Source of the DNA: a virus
Taxonomy: Duplodnaviria; Caudoviricetes
Virus record (IMG/VR): IMGVR_UViG_3300033075_000716
Span: 3,935-67,934 of that record
Direction: 5' to 3' (one strand)
DNA: 64,000 nucleotides
Made by a program: the position numbers and the translations under genes. The notes below the pieces were generated by a model, which saw only the letters and a program-made list of their open reading frames with translations, was not told the DNA's origin and did no database searches. Positions 44,452 to 53,289 of this stretch are shown one piece after another. How positions within the stretch are numbered: the stretch's first letter is position 1; the number at the start of each line of letters is the position of its first letter.

Positions 44452-45036
44452 GTGAAGCGCTCGAAGAAAAAATCTCCGCAGTCCAATTCCGCCCCGCGCC
44501 GCATGTGGCGAGAAATCCTTATCGAACTAGGCATCCGCGCCAGCGACATCGACGCCCGCCGTGTGGGGCCGGGGCAGTTAAGCGATGCTCTCGAATCCGC
44601 GCAATTTCCCGCCGACGTTATCGCCGACGCGATTAGGCTTTTCGACACGCCGGGGGGGCGGATGAAACGAAAGACGAAAAAAGACATGGCCGCCGAACCG
44701 ATCCCAGCAGCGTCAAAAACTCGAGTTAAGCGCGTCGAGATCCTCGCCGAGCGCGTCGAAAAACAGGTGCGGCTTTACCACGCGGGGGATGACATTCGCG
44801 GGATGAACGTCTCCACGAAACGGCTTGCGCTGGCCGCACGCCGGGGCCGGCCTCTTGACGACGACGGCGAATACATCGACGACGACACGGACCCCGTCGA
44901 TTTGGACGAAGCTCCGCGGCGGGCAATGATCGAGTATCGCGAGAAAAAGGCGAGAGAAAAACGGGAGAGGGAGGGCACCGACGCGGCTCCGGTGGACTCC
45001 GAACATGCGTTGTCTTTCGCGGCGGCGGTTGCGTAA
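44452..45036 (+). CDS. hypothetical protein, possibly DNA-binding
   Basis: 194 aa, basic; GTG start. Confidence 0.5.
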   Translation: MKRSKKKSPQSNSAPRRMWREILIELGIRASDIDARRVGPGQLSDALESAQFPADVIADAIRLFDTPGGRMKRKTKKDMAAEPIPAASKTRVKRVEILAERVEKQVRLYHAGDDIRGMNVSTKRLALAARRGRPLDDDGEYIDDDTDPVDLDEAPRRAMIEYREKKAREKREREGTDAAPVDSEHALSFAAAVA

Positions 45037-45113
45037 AAACGCGGGACGTTTTTCGTAAACCTTTGCGATTCACTATCTTGCAATTTGTGTCCATTTGGAC
45101 ACACGGAGATAAA

Positions 45114-45926
45114 ATGGCCAATTCATCCGCGAAACATCTGGCGATTTATGACGACGATGGCAGCGTGTTGACCCTCAATGAACGTGACGCGCTCAAGCGA
45201 AACGAGCTTGCCATATCACGCGGAATTTCGCATTGGCGCGAAGTCGGCAGTGCTCTATGCGAGATTCGCGACGGTCGTCTTTATCGCGAGAAATTCTCCA
45301 CGTTTGAGGCGTACCTCGCCGAGAAGTGGGGCGTAAGTCGCCGCGAAGGATATCGGCTGATCGAAGCAGCGGCGGCGGCGAATAACGTCGCCGCGGCGAA
45401 ACCGTACACGCCCACTCCGTCGCGCGGTATCGATCAGCACGGACGAGACGCCGGCCTTGATTCCGCCACGGCTGATGCGCTCGCCTTGACGCGCAACGTC
45501 GCCCGCGCGCTCGCGGATTATTCACCGGAAATGCAGCGCCGCGTCTGGAAACGTCTCACAGGCGACGAAACCGCGCCGCCCGCATCACAGACGCCAACGG
45601 TCAAGGAGATCCGCCACGCGGCAAGCATAATTGCCGTGGAGGACGCGCAACGGCACATGGCGACATTGCCGCCGCGCGATCGACCGAAGCGAGCCGAAGC
45701 GGACAAAAAGGCCGCAGCGGAAGAAGCCGCCGCAGCAGCGGAAGCGAAGAAAGAGAAAAAGGAACGCCGCGAAAAAGACCGCGCGAAGTTGGTCCGCTGG
45801 GCCGAAAAGCTATCGGCACTTGTCGGCCGGATGGAGTGCGGCGGCTGGGATGCCCTCGACGGCATGGCTGTAAAAGTGCTCGCCGTCGAGAACGAAATCA
45901 AAATTCGGCTGGCGGGGCGGGGTTAG
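45114..45926 (+). CDS. DUF3102-like domain protein
   Basis: EVGSALCEIRDGRLYREKFSTFEAYLAEKWGVSRREGYRLIEAA. Confidence 0.7.
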   Translation: MANSSAKHLAIYDDDGSVLTLNERDALKRNELAISRGISHWREVGSALCEIRDGRLYREKFSTFEAYLAEKWGVSRREGYRLIEAAAAANNVAAAKPYTPTPSRGIDQHGRDAGLDSATADALALTRNVARALADYSPEMQRRVWKRLTGDETAPPASQTPTVKEIRHAASIIAVEDAQRHMATLPPRDRPKRAEADKKAAAEEAAAAAEAKKEKKERREKDRAKLVRWAEKLSALVGRMECGGWDALDGMAVKVLAVENEIKIRLAGRG

Positions 45927-45951
45927 GCGATGAGCCAGTCAACATTTTCTT

Positions 45952-46137
45952 TTAGTTCGATGGATTCGCTGCCGTCGCTTCCCGTTTCAAAATCCGCAAC
46001 ACCTTGTCTGCTTCGCCGGCCGAAAATCGCAACCAGCCGAGGCATCCGCCACGTTCGACCGTGATTCCAAGCCGCTTGAATGCCTCGATTCGTTCCAGGG
46101 TTTTCGCTTCCATGCGGTCGCTGAATGTCGTCGCCAT
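45952..46137 (-). CDS. hypothetical protein
   Basis: RBS AAGGGG; downstream of the promoter at 46183-46211. Confidence 0.55.
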   Translation of the reverse strand: MATTFSDRMEAKTLERIEAFKRLGITVERGGCLGWLRFSAGEADKVLRILKREATAANPSN

Positions 46138-46182
46138 CGTTCATCCCCTTTTGTTCGTGTTCTCCATCAACTCCATGCTTCA

Positions 46183-46211
46183 AGTATATCTCAGCGACAT
46201 ACAGAAGTCCA
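46183..46211 (-). promoter_or_regulatory. sigma70-type promoter
   Basis: TGGACT-17 nt-TATACT. Confidence 0.65.
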
Positions 46212-46213
46212 GA

Positions 46214-46399
46214 CTATTTTCCCTTTTTCTTCAAAATCTTTTTCGGCTCCGGCGTGGGCAACACCACGTCGGCCAATCGTTGCAGCGCGTGCCGCAAAAC
46301 GTCGGCCCGGCTGCGAACGCCGGTGGGCGCTTGGAGCTTGTCCATGGTTTCGACCTCCTGGGAGGTGAATCGGAATGTCAGTGGTTTCAATGCTGGCAT
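46214..46399 (-). CDS. ribbon-helix-helix regulator, copy 1
   Basis: LTFRFTSQEVETMDKL...SRADVLRHALQRL. Confidence 0.75.
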   Translation of the reverse strand: MPALKPLTFRFTSQEVETMDKLQAPTGVRSRADVLRHALQRLADVVLPTPEPKKILKKKGK

Positions 46400-46451
46400 G
46401 GTGGGTTCCTTTGAGTGTGGCCCCGGCGATGTTGCCGAGGGGCGGTGGTGT

Positions 46452-46751
46452 CTATCTCTTGATCCTGTTCCAGATTTTTAACGCTTGAATCGTGCAGTAC
46501 CCGTACAGCCAATCCGTCCACTCGTCGCGCCCGTTCACTGGTCGCTTCGATTCCAGATTCTCCGGCATCCCTTTCGGGGTTCGCTCCGGGAACCGGCGAG
46601 TAACGACCAATCGGCATCGCGAGCATCCGACGCCGCCCGACATCGCTGAATCGACTCCAGCCCAAACCTTGTCGATCTTCCCGCACGCTGGGCACGGGAG
46701 AGGATCGACGGAAGGCTGGAACGATTGAAGATGCCAATTGTTGAACTTCAT
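46452..46751 (-). CDS. Lar-like Zn-ribbon protein
   Basis: PLPCPACG...VGCSRC...ALKIWNR pattern. Confidence 0.55.
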   Translation of the reverse strand: MKFNNWHLQSFQPSVDPLPCPACGKIDKVWAGVDSAMSGGVGCSRCRLVVTRRFPERTPKGMPENLESKRPVNGRDEWTDWLYGYCTIQALKIWNRIKR

Positions 46752-46864
46752 AGTCCCATCCTCACCAGCCGGAATACGCTTACCCATGCGTGCCCCAGAT
46801 TAACAAGTTCGTCACCTTCGGCTGTCTGGATCGCGTCGGTGATTGCTTCGAGAATCTTTTGCAT
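46748..46864 (-). CDS. small hypothetical protein (38 aa)
   Basis: RBS AAGGGG, ATG 46864, ATGA-coupled to the Lar-like gene. Confidence 0.45.
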   Translation of the reverse strand: MQKILEAITDAIQTAEGDELVNLGHAWVSVFRLVRMGL

Positions 46865-46910
46865 CGTTCATCCCCTTTTCAAAAGTGTTCTTCATCAACT
46901 CCATGTTTCA

Positions 46911-46939
46911 AGTATATCTCAGCGATATACAGCTGTCAA
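46911..46939 (-). promoter_or_regulatory. near-consensus sigma70 promoter
   Basis: TTGACA-17 nt-TATACT. Confidence 0.8.
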
Positions 46940-46941
46940 GA

Positions 46942-47127
46942 CTATTTCCCCTTTTTCTTCAAAATCGTTTTCGGCTCGGGCGTGGTCAAAACCGCGTCGG
47001 CAAGTCGCTGGATCGCGTGCCGTAAAACGTCGGCACGGCTACGCACGCCGGTCGGGGCTTGGAGGCGGTCCATAGTTTCGACCTCAGCGGCGGTGAAGCG
47101 GAAAGTCAGTGGTTTTAGTGCTGGCAT
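46942..47127 (-). CDS. ribbon-helix-helix regulator, copy 2
   Basis: Near-identical to the 46214-46399 product. Confidence 0.75.
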   Translation of the reverse strand: MPALKPLTFRFTAAEVETMDRLQAPTGVRSRADVLRHAIQRLADAVLTTPEPKTILKKKGK

Positions 47128-47285
47128 GGTGGTTCCTTTGAGTGTGGACCCTGGCGAAAGTGCCAGGGGCGTGAAGTGCGGGGTTATTCTTTCGACAAAA
47201 TGATAGCTCGACCAAACCCCGCCAAGGAATCGACCTGCCCCAGCTGACGGCGATCCTGCCTCACCTGCCGCCCAGCGTTGCGGCC

Positions 47286-47771
47286 ATGGCGGAGCTTCAA
47301 TGGTGGTCGGGAATGCGACCGTCTGAGGTAGTCGCGATGCGGCCAGGGGACATTGAAGTAGTCGGCGACGTCACCCTCTACTGGCTCGCCAAGCATAAAA
47401 ACGATTGGCGGGCCGGGCGTGAACGGGAAGCGGTTGTACTCGGCCCCGAGGCCGTGCGCGTTCTTGCTCCATGGCTGGCCGCCGCGAAGCTCAAGGGAGA
47501 TGTTCCAATCTTCCCGAGCGGCAAGACGGGGAAGCAATACACGACGGGCGGATATGGCCAGGCCGTTGCGGGGGCGTTTGAAAAGAATCCGACGTTGACG
47601 CGATTTTGTTGCTACCAACTCCGCCATTCATTTAAGAGAAGAGTTGTCAGAGAGTTAGGTCTTGACGCGGCTCGCGCGGCCATGAGGCAATCGAGCATTG
47701 GAACAACAGCCGCTTACGACTCGATTCGAGATATGAAAATGGCTGCCGAAACAGCTAGAAAAATAGGCTAA
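47286..47771 (+). pseudogene. tyrosine integrase, catalytic domain only (N-terminally truncated)
   Basis: SGMRPSEV, KHK, YQLRHSF and TTAAY. The frame is open only back to a stop at 47172, so the core-binding domain is absent. Confidence 0.7.
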
Positions 47772-47854
47772 TCCGTCAGCTGCAAGGCGATATAATAAGT
47801 GATCGTCGGAGTCGTTACACTCCGACGATCCACACAACCACCTTGCATAGAAAG

Positions 47855-48655
47855 ATGGCCATGCCTGAACAGGTTATTGCAACCGCAACCGAAATTCAAG
47901 ACACCCAAGAAGAATGGCGTCCCATCCCTGGATGGCCATACTACCAAGTATCAGATTTTGGGAGAGTCAAGACTTGCGCCCCGCATGGGAGAGGCACAAA
48001 AGAAAAGCCCTGGAGGCTTTTATCTGCATCAAAGGCGGGCACAGGCTACCTTAACGTTTCTCTTCATCACAGAGGTGAATCAAGAAGAGTCTACATCCAT
48101 CGGCTTGTTCTTGAAGTGTTCGTCGGCCCACCGGAGCCAGGGATGCAAGCTCGCCACATCGAAAACAATAACCGAAAAGACAACCGGTTAGAAAACCTCA
48201 AATGGGGCACCGCGCAAGAAAACTCTGACGACATGGTTGCGCACGGGTCTCGCGTCTACGGAAGTTCGTGCCACGCCTCCAAGCTGTCAGAAGCAGACAT
48301 CGAAACGATTGCCGACCTTCATCACAATGAAGGCGTTCCGGTAAAGCAACTCGCAATTCGGTTCGGCATACGAAAAGAAAATATGTCAAAAATCCTGAAC
48401 GGACACCACTGGGGCAGCGCAAATATCAAACGGAAAGCAAAGAAAAACGACTTCCCCTCATTTATCACAACAAAAGAAGCAGCCGATAGACTTGGCATGA
48501 CGCGGGCTAGGATACACCAGCTTATAAAAGCTGGCGTTTTGGCGTTTGTGCTGTACCGGAAAGGAAAACTAATCGACCCAAAAACGGTTGATACTGAACT
48601 TGCGAGACGACGCGATCTTGAGGCGGCTAAGGATGTGGCGCGGAAGACGGGATGA
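47855..48655 (+). CDS. NUMOD4-HNH endonuclease with C-terminal excisionase-like HTH
   Basis: EEWRPIPGWPYYQVSDFGRVK, IHRLV, DNRLENLKWGTAQEN; C-terminal FITTKEAADRLGMTRARIHQLIKAGVL. Confidence 0.85.
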   Translation: MAMPEQVIATATEIQDTQEEWRPIPGWPYYQVSDFGRVKTCAPHGRGTKEKPWRLLSASKAGTGYLNVSLHHRGESRRVYIHRLVLEVFVGPPEPGMQARHIENNNRKDNRLENLKWGTAQENSDDMVAHGSRVYGSSCHASKLSEADIETIADLHHNEGVPVKQLAIRFGIRKENMSKILNGHHWGSANIKRKAKKNDFPSFITTKEAADRLGMTRARIHQLIKAGVLAFVLYRKGKLIDPKTVDTELARRRDLEAAKDVARKTG

Positions 48656-48665
48656 TGGCGTGAAA

Positions 48666-49061
48666 TTAGCCTACAACCTTGAACCCGGCGAGCCTTTGCC
48701 AGAGTTGCATCCGAATCTTCTCGGCGATTTCTACAGAAATGACAGGGGCTTTCGTCCCAAGACCGACGTGGAGCGGGCATGTGTCAAGGCTATCAATCGC
48801 TGTGTGTTTCTTGTCGCCGTCAAAGAAGATGCTGCCATGGTGACGTGAGCACGCCGCACAAATCGGGGCATCGCAAGTGAAGCAATCTGACTTCGCAGAC
48901 GTGTAAGGCAATCCCTTCCCTGGGACAAATTCATCAAACCTATCCGCATTCAGAGCCGCTTGCCCGTTGCATTTTGTCCAACCTGAAATCTCGAAACCGA
49001 GAACGAAATCGCATAGAAGCGAAGATGGGTTTCCGCAAAATGCGCACTTGATTTTTTTCAT
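48666..49061 (-). CDS. Cys-rich Zn-binding protein
   Basis: CAFC, LCDF, TCDAPIC..C and CPLH; start placed at ATG 49061. Confidence 0.65.
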   Translation of the reverse strand: MKKIKCAFCGNPSSLLCDFVLGFEISGWTKCNGQAALNADRFDEFVPGKGLPYTSAKSDCFTCDAPICAACSRHHGSIFFDGDKKHTAIDSLDTCPLHVGLGTKAPVISVEIAEKIRMQLWQRLAGFKVVG

Positions 49062-49122
49062 AGAAAGGTGTGGGTGAAGTGGTGGCGCAGTCGGTGACGT
49101 TTTGTCACCGACTGGGTGTTTC

Positions 49123-49156
49123 AAAAAAAAGACCCGCTGGGGTGCAACCCAGCGGG
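49123..49156 (-). terminator. rho-independent terminator
   Basis: 9-bp stem CCCGCTGGG / CCCAGCGGG followed by T8 on the minus strand. Confidence 0.7.
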
Positions 49157-49219
49157 CAAGAGATGTCGCCAACTTACTCGATTTTTGTAACGAAGAAGGG
49201 CTGCCGCCGCAAGGGGGAA

Positions 49220-49597
49220 TTAAATCTTCGCCGTCACGCCGACTGCCAGCAACGCCGCGCGGCATATCGCGAGCGGGGAGGATTCCGCAGTCGTCGAAAA
49301 TTCTTGATTGCGGTCGAGTCGGAAAAAGTCGACACACGCTCCCGGCCCTACGGTCACGCTGCCGACCGTGAAATGCCAACCGCCAGCCCGCATCGCCTCG
49401 ACGACTTGGAACGCCGCCGCAATGTCGGTCGAATACGCTGGCACGCCCTCTGGGAACGGGTTGCCGTTGAAGTTTCGCATCAGAAATAACGGCTTCCCCC
49501 CCATGACATTAGCGATCCACGCATCAAGTCGAGGCCCAGCCGGTTCGGAAAGAATTTCGTCGCGGGGCATTTCTATTCTCATGGCCGCCAATTCCAA
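49220..49597 (-). CDS. phage ABA-sandwich-domain-like protein
   Basis: LDAWIANVMG...PAYSTDIAAAFQVVEAM...PLAICRAAL. Confidence 0.7.
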   Translation of the reverse strand: MELAAMRIEMPRDEILSEPAGPRLDAWIANVMGGKPLFLMRNFNGNPFPEGVPAYSTDIAAAFQVVEAMRAGGWHFTVGSVTVGPGACVDFFRLDRNQEFSTTAESSPLAICRAALLAVGVTAKI

Positions 49598-50325
49598 ACA
49601 TCTTCCCCGCCCATCACGCCGGAAAGGTACTTCCCATCCTGCTTGTCGTGCCGGACATATTTCGCGAGAAAATCAACCTTGAAGTCCATCGTTTTCCGGT
49701 CGAACCGTTCGACGCGATAGACTACGCCCTCGACCTGTTCAAGTGCCCCGTGGTAGCCGTATGGACCAAGCAGACGAATCGCTTCCTCGACCGGCATCGC
49801 TTCGTCGTCCCAATTCAATCTTTTCGGTGTCTGGAATGCGCCGTCAATTTCGCTATTGAAATTGCTATAGGTCATCCGTTCCGTCCCGGTCATCAGATCG
49901 AAGGCAACGAATGGCTCCAAAATGGCAAGATGGTATTTCGTGCCGTGCGCCAGCGCGAGCCATTCGCCGACGACCCTTTGCCCTTCGCTGAGCAAGCAAT
50001 CGAAACGATCACAATTCGCGTCCACCCAATCGGCCCAAAGGTGATGCTGGGCATACGGCGACGTTCTCGCATGGTATCCGGCGCGGGTCAGCGCAAGGAT
50101 TTTCCCGTCGATCTTCGCGGCCGACACGCAAGAGCCGTCGAGCTTTTCCTGAACGATTACAATATCGTGCCGATCTCTCTTCTTGACCGTGCAGATTCGC
50201 GCCTGGCCTGCGTGAACATGCCAATCGCTAGGTCCGACGCGGCTGGTCGGTAGGTGCCCGATGCTCCCGTAGGCTTTTTGACCGAGCGGCTTTGCAGCCT
50301 TAACAATTACTTCTTGATTCGTCAT
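49579..50325 (-). CDS. ATP-dependent RNA ligase (Rnl2-like nucleotidyltransferase)
   Basis: Motif I QEKLDG, then VGEW, FVAFDL, EGVVYR and LAK. Confidence 0.8.
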   Translation of the reverse strand: MTNQEVIVKAAKPLGQKAYGSIGHLPTSRVGPSDWHVHAGQARICTVKKRDRHDIVIVQEKLDGSCVSAAKIDGKILALTRAGYHARTSPYAQHHLWADWVDANCDRFDCLLSEGQRVVGEWLALAHGTKYHLAILEPFVAFDLMTGTERMTYSNFNSEIDGAFQTPKRLNWDDEAMPVEEAIRLLGPYGYHGALEQVEGVVYRVERFDRKTMDFKVDFLAKYVRHDKQDGKYLSGVMGGEDVWNWRP

Positions 50326-50705
50326 CGGTTCATGTCCTCAATCACCTTTTTCGCGTTCGCCTTCCACGCAGAAACCGTTTCCGCGTTGTCGCCGCTGCAT
50401 TCCGGCCAGTCCGGAGCGGTGGTCAGCGTGCCGGCTTCCACGAGGTCGATTGCTTCGCGCAGTAGTGCGTAGATCTTGCCGAAATGGGTGCGAGCCAGGC
50501 ACACGAAATTCGCGTCCGCGCGAGAAAAAGTCTCGCCTGTCCGCGCGATCGTATTGGCATTCGCGTGGTGTTGAATGTGCGCCACGGCCGTATCGTTCGC
50601 GTCGCGAATCGTGCCGTCGCCGTCAACAGTCCACGGTGCCGGGCTGAGATTGGTCGAGTCGATCAATTTATCCTCCTCCTTCACCAGGCTTTCTTGCACG
50701 CGCAT
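50322..50705 (-). CDS. hypothetical phage protein
   Basis: SPAPW...ADANFVCLAR pattern; coupled to the ligase. Confidence 0.6.
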   Translation of the reverse strand: MRVQESLVKEEDKLIDSTNLSPAPWTVDGDGTIRDANDTAVAHIQHHANANTIARTGETFSRADANFVCLARTHFGKIYALLREAIDLVEAGTLTTAPDWPECSGDNAETVSAWKANAKKVIEDMNR

Positions 50706-50711
50706 TCCCGC

Positions 50712-50900
50712 TTACTTTTTTGCCGCGTCCGCCGCCTTCCATAGCCCGCGCGCCGCGAGGTACGCCTCAATCGCTGCAATCGCCACGGCCGTTACCGTTG
50801 ATTTCTCGCGGGCGGCGAGCTTGCGTAGCCGGTCCAGGTAAATCGGATGCATGCGCAGTTGCAGCGGCTGGAATCGGTGCCGGTCTTTTTTTGCGGCCAT
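50712..50900 (-). CDS. ribbon-helix-helix repressor-like protein
   Basis: LQLRMHPIYLDRLRKLAAREKSTVTAVAIAAIEAYL; divergent from the early promoter. Confidence 0.7.
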   Translation of the reverse strand: MAAKKDRHRFQPLQLRMHPIYLDRLRKLAAREKSTVTAVAIAAIEAYLAARGLWKAADAAKK

Positions 50901-50928
50901 TGTTTTTCCCCTTTTTTTTATTTCAGGC

Positions 50929-50957
50929 TTGACTCGTGGCAATCCACTGATTATATT
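50929..50957 (+). promoter_or_regulatory. sigma70-type early promoter
   Basis: TTGACT-17 nt-TATATT at the head of the rightward recombination/replication operon. Confidence 0.75.
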
Positions 50958-51111
50958 CTACTCAGACGAGAACGAAAAGTTAACCCGCTTCAAAGCCAGC
51001 AAATTACTTCCGAAGTGAAACCGCATTCAGGCATGAAGCGGGCGGGGTGAACAGCCGTAACCACAACAGCCGGCGGCCCCACTCTTTTACTCTTACGCAG
51101 GAGGCGACCCC

Positions 51112-51513
51112 ATGCGGACCTACCGAAACGACAGTTGCGGCGACCACGGCGGAGATGACTATCTTCAGCCGTTCGCGATCTCCGCGCCTCGCGCCGAAGC
51201 CGAAGACAATTATTCCCACGTTCACGTACACCTTCTTTCGCGACTCGATCAGGCAATCGAAGCGCACCACGCTTTTTTTGAACAAATCCGCGACGAAGTC
51301 GGAACGTCGGATTTCAACCGCGTGCTACTTCAGCACGTCGCGCGAACCGAAGAGGCGACTGCGCAGGCGACAGAGATTCAGCACGATGGGTTGCAACTGC
51401 CCCCCTCAGCGTGGGCAAGGCTGTTCGCCAACAACCTTCACTCATTGGGGATCTTGATTATTCAGCGGTGGGCGCTGGAACGCGAAGCGTCGGCGAAAGG
51501 CGGTGCATCATGA
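51112..51513 (+). CDS. hypothetical protein
   Basis: RBS AGGAGG. Confidence 0.6.
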   Translation: MRTYRNDSCGDHGGDDYLQPFAISAPRAEAEDNYSHVHVHLLSRLDQAIEAHHAFFEQIRDEVGTSDFNRVLLQHVARTEEATAQATEIQHDGLQLPPSAWARLFANNLHSLGILIIQRWALEREASAKGGAS

Positions 51514-52046
51514 AGATCGAGGAAATCTACGCGATTGCGCCGGATGCGAACGGCTGGAGGACGATGCCGAGCGGGAATCGGATCAAGTTGGGCGACTACG
51601 TCATTATCGGCGACTACGTCATTATCGGCAACTACGTCCGCATTGCCAGCGGGGTCCGCATCGGCGACTACGTCATTATCGGCAACTACGTCCGCATCGC
51701 CAGCGGGGTCCGCATCGCCAGCGGCGTCAGCATCGCCAGCGGCGTCAGCATCGCCAGCGGCGTCAGCATCGCCAGCGGCGTCAGCATCGCCAGCGGCGTG
51801 ACGCTAACGAAATCTCCTCTCCAGATCCATGGGCCGGAATTTATCGTCTACCCGCACGCTGCTGGAATTATCGGCGTGGGCTGCACGATTCTGTCTTTGG
51901 AAGAATGGTGTGAAAAAGGCGAGGCGTTGGCGAAAGCGAACGACGTTGATTTTGAAAAATACCGCCCGCTAGTCGAAATGGTCGCGGCGTGGATGGGATC
52001 TGACGAGGAGTGGATCGAAGGGACGAAGGGGAACGACGCGAAATAG
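51510..52046 (+). CDS. hexapeptide-repeat (left-handed beta-helix) protein
   Basis: IGDYVI / IGNYVR / IASGVS repeats encoded by 18-bp tandem repeats at about 51590-51800. Confidence 0.8.
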   Translation: MKIEEIYAIAPDANGWRTMPSGNRIKLGDYVIIGDYVIIGNYVRIASGVRIGDYVIIGNYVRIASGVRIASGVSIASGVSIASGVSIASGVSIASGVTLTKSPLQIHGPEFIVYPHAAGIIGVGCTILSLEEWCEKGEALAKANDVDFEKYRPLVEMVAAWMGSDEEWIEGTKGNDAK

Positions 52047-52142
52047 ACGGATCGAAAGGAGGAGGTCCGATTTACGCCCGGCGGGTGACTCAATCCCCCG
52101 CCGGGCACATTGAATCGAAGGATCGAACATAAAGGAAAAACC

Positions 52143-52358
52143 ATGCTTGTTATCACCCGCAAACTTAACGAACGAATTCTCATCGGCGACGCGATCCGCG
52201 TGACGTTGATCGACTCGAATTTCAACCGCGCGAGAATCGGGATCGACGCTCCGCCCGATACGAAAATCTATCGCGAAGAAATCGCCCCGGTCGGGTTCCA
52301 TACCTTATGGGGCACGGTCAGGCCGGACGATGGATTCATGCCGGAGTGCGAGCCATGA
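52143..52358 (+). CDS. csrA: carbon storage regulator-like RNA-binding protein
   Basis: MLVITRKLNERILIGDAIRVTLI...ARIGIDAP...IYREEI. Confidence 0.9.
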   Translation: MLVITRKLNERILIGDAIRVTLIDSNFNRARIGIDAPPDTKIYREEIAPVGFHTLWGTVRPDDGFMPECEP

Positions 52359-52597
52359 ACATTCCGCTTACACTTACTCGCGATGGTGAGTCAATAAATA
52401 TCATCGTGGTCGACGCGATATATTACCCTGCGTCGCGCGGCTACAGAAACAGCTACGGCGTGCCAGAGGAGCCGGACTATGATGCGTGCTGGGAGTGGGA
52501 CGATATCACGGGCGCGGACGGCGGGCCGGTGGATCTGACTGACGACGCGATTGCGATGATTGATGGGCTTCTCGAAGATTGGGCCGCGAACAACTAA
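52355..52597 (+). CDS. hypothetical acidic protein
   Basis: Coupled ORF. Confidence 0.5.
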   Translation: MNIPLTLTRDGESINIIVVDAIYYPASRGYRNSYGVPEEPDYDACWEWDDITGADGGPVDLTDDAIAMIDGLLEDWAANN

Positions 52598-52608
52598 GGA
52601 GTGGACTG

Positions 52609-52947
52609 ATGGACGCAATGCTATGCCGGCCTGTTTCTGCTAAGGCTGATTCGGTCGACGGTATGACGTGGATCACATTCCGCGACGCCAAAGGAAGTGA
52701 CGTTACCGTCCACTTCGATTCGGCCGAAGAAATGCAGGCGTGGCTTGCCGACTTGCAAGCCTCAGCGAAAGCCGTATTCGCGAACGAGCTTTCCCAGCCG
52801 ATTGCCGAGGCCGCGATGGCTCGCCAGTGTGCTTGGTGTGGCGTGATTCTCGGGCCGGCCAAGCCGTCCGCGCGAGTCGGCGTGAGTCATGGGATTTGCG
52901 CGGCGTGTGCGGCGAAACAGTTGTATGGGGTTCGGATTGTTGGGTGA
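52609..52947 (+). CDS. hypothetical protein with C-terminal CAWC...HGIC..C Zn motif
   Basis: RBS AAGGAG. Confidence 0.6.
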   Translation: MDAMLCRPVSAKADSVDGMTWITFRDAKGSDVTVHFDSAEEMQAWLADLQASAKAVFANELSQPIAEAAMARQCAWCGVILGPAKPSARVGVSHGICAACAAKQLYGVRIVG

Positions 52948-52964
52948 TTTACAGGAGGTGCGCG

Positions 52965-53214
52965 ATGGCGAAGAAACGGGATTGGGTTTGGGTGAGTCGT
53001 GATATATACCTGAGTGGACCGAGTATGGTTGTCGATATTTGGCCGGAGAAAGAAAAGCCTGCGGCTTTCGAGTGCGGTGCGCGGGTGGATTTCAGTCAGG
53101 GTGCTGCCGATTGCGCGACGGTTTGCAACAGTTTTTTTTACCAAATTCACCGGCATCAAAATCAAACCTGGCGATTGCCGCAAGGTCCGATTCAAAGCTG
53201 AGTTTGCTGAGTGA
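52965..53214 (+). CDS. small protein, apparently frameshifted at a T8 run
   Basis: RBS AGGAGG. T8 at 53132-53139; removing one T gives ...SFFTKFTGIKIKPGDCRKVRFKAEFAE. Confidence 0.45.
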
Positions 53215-53289
53215 TTCACGGACTGGGGGACCGGGCAAGGAAGCCCGTTGAAATTCACCCCTGGGGTGATGTTTTTGAGGGATTGGGTG

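Larger units (their letters stand above)
46135..46445. repeat. direct repeat copy 1 (about 310 bp; copy 2 at 46862-47171)
   Basis: Aligned by eye: both copies contain hairpin, RBS, RHH gene, promoter, RBS and ATG. Confidence 0.85.
46862..47171. repeat. direct repeat copy 2
   Basis: Homologous to 46135-46445. Confidence 0.85.

Noticed and set aside
47184-47627. 147-aa minus-strand ORF
   Set aside because: Antisense shadow of the integrase remnant.
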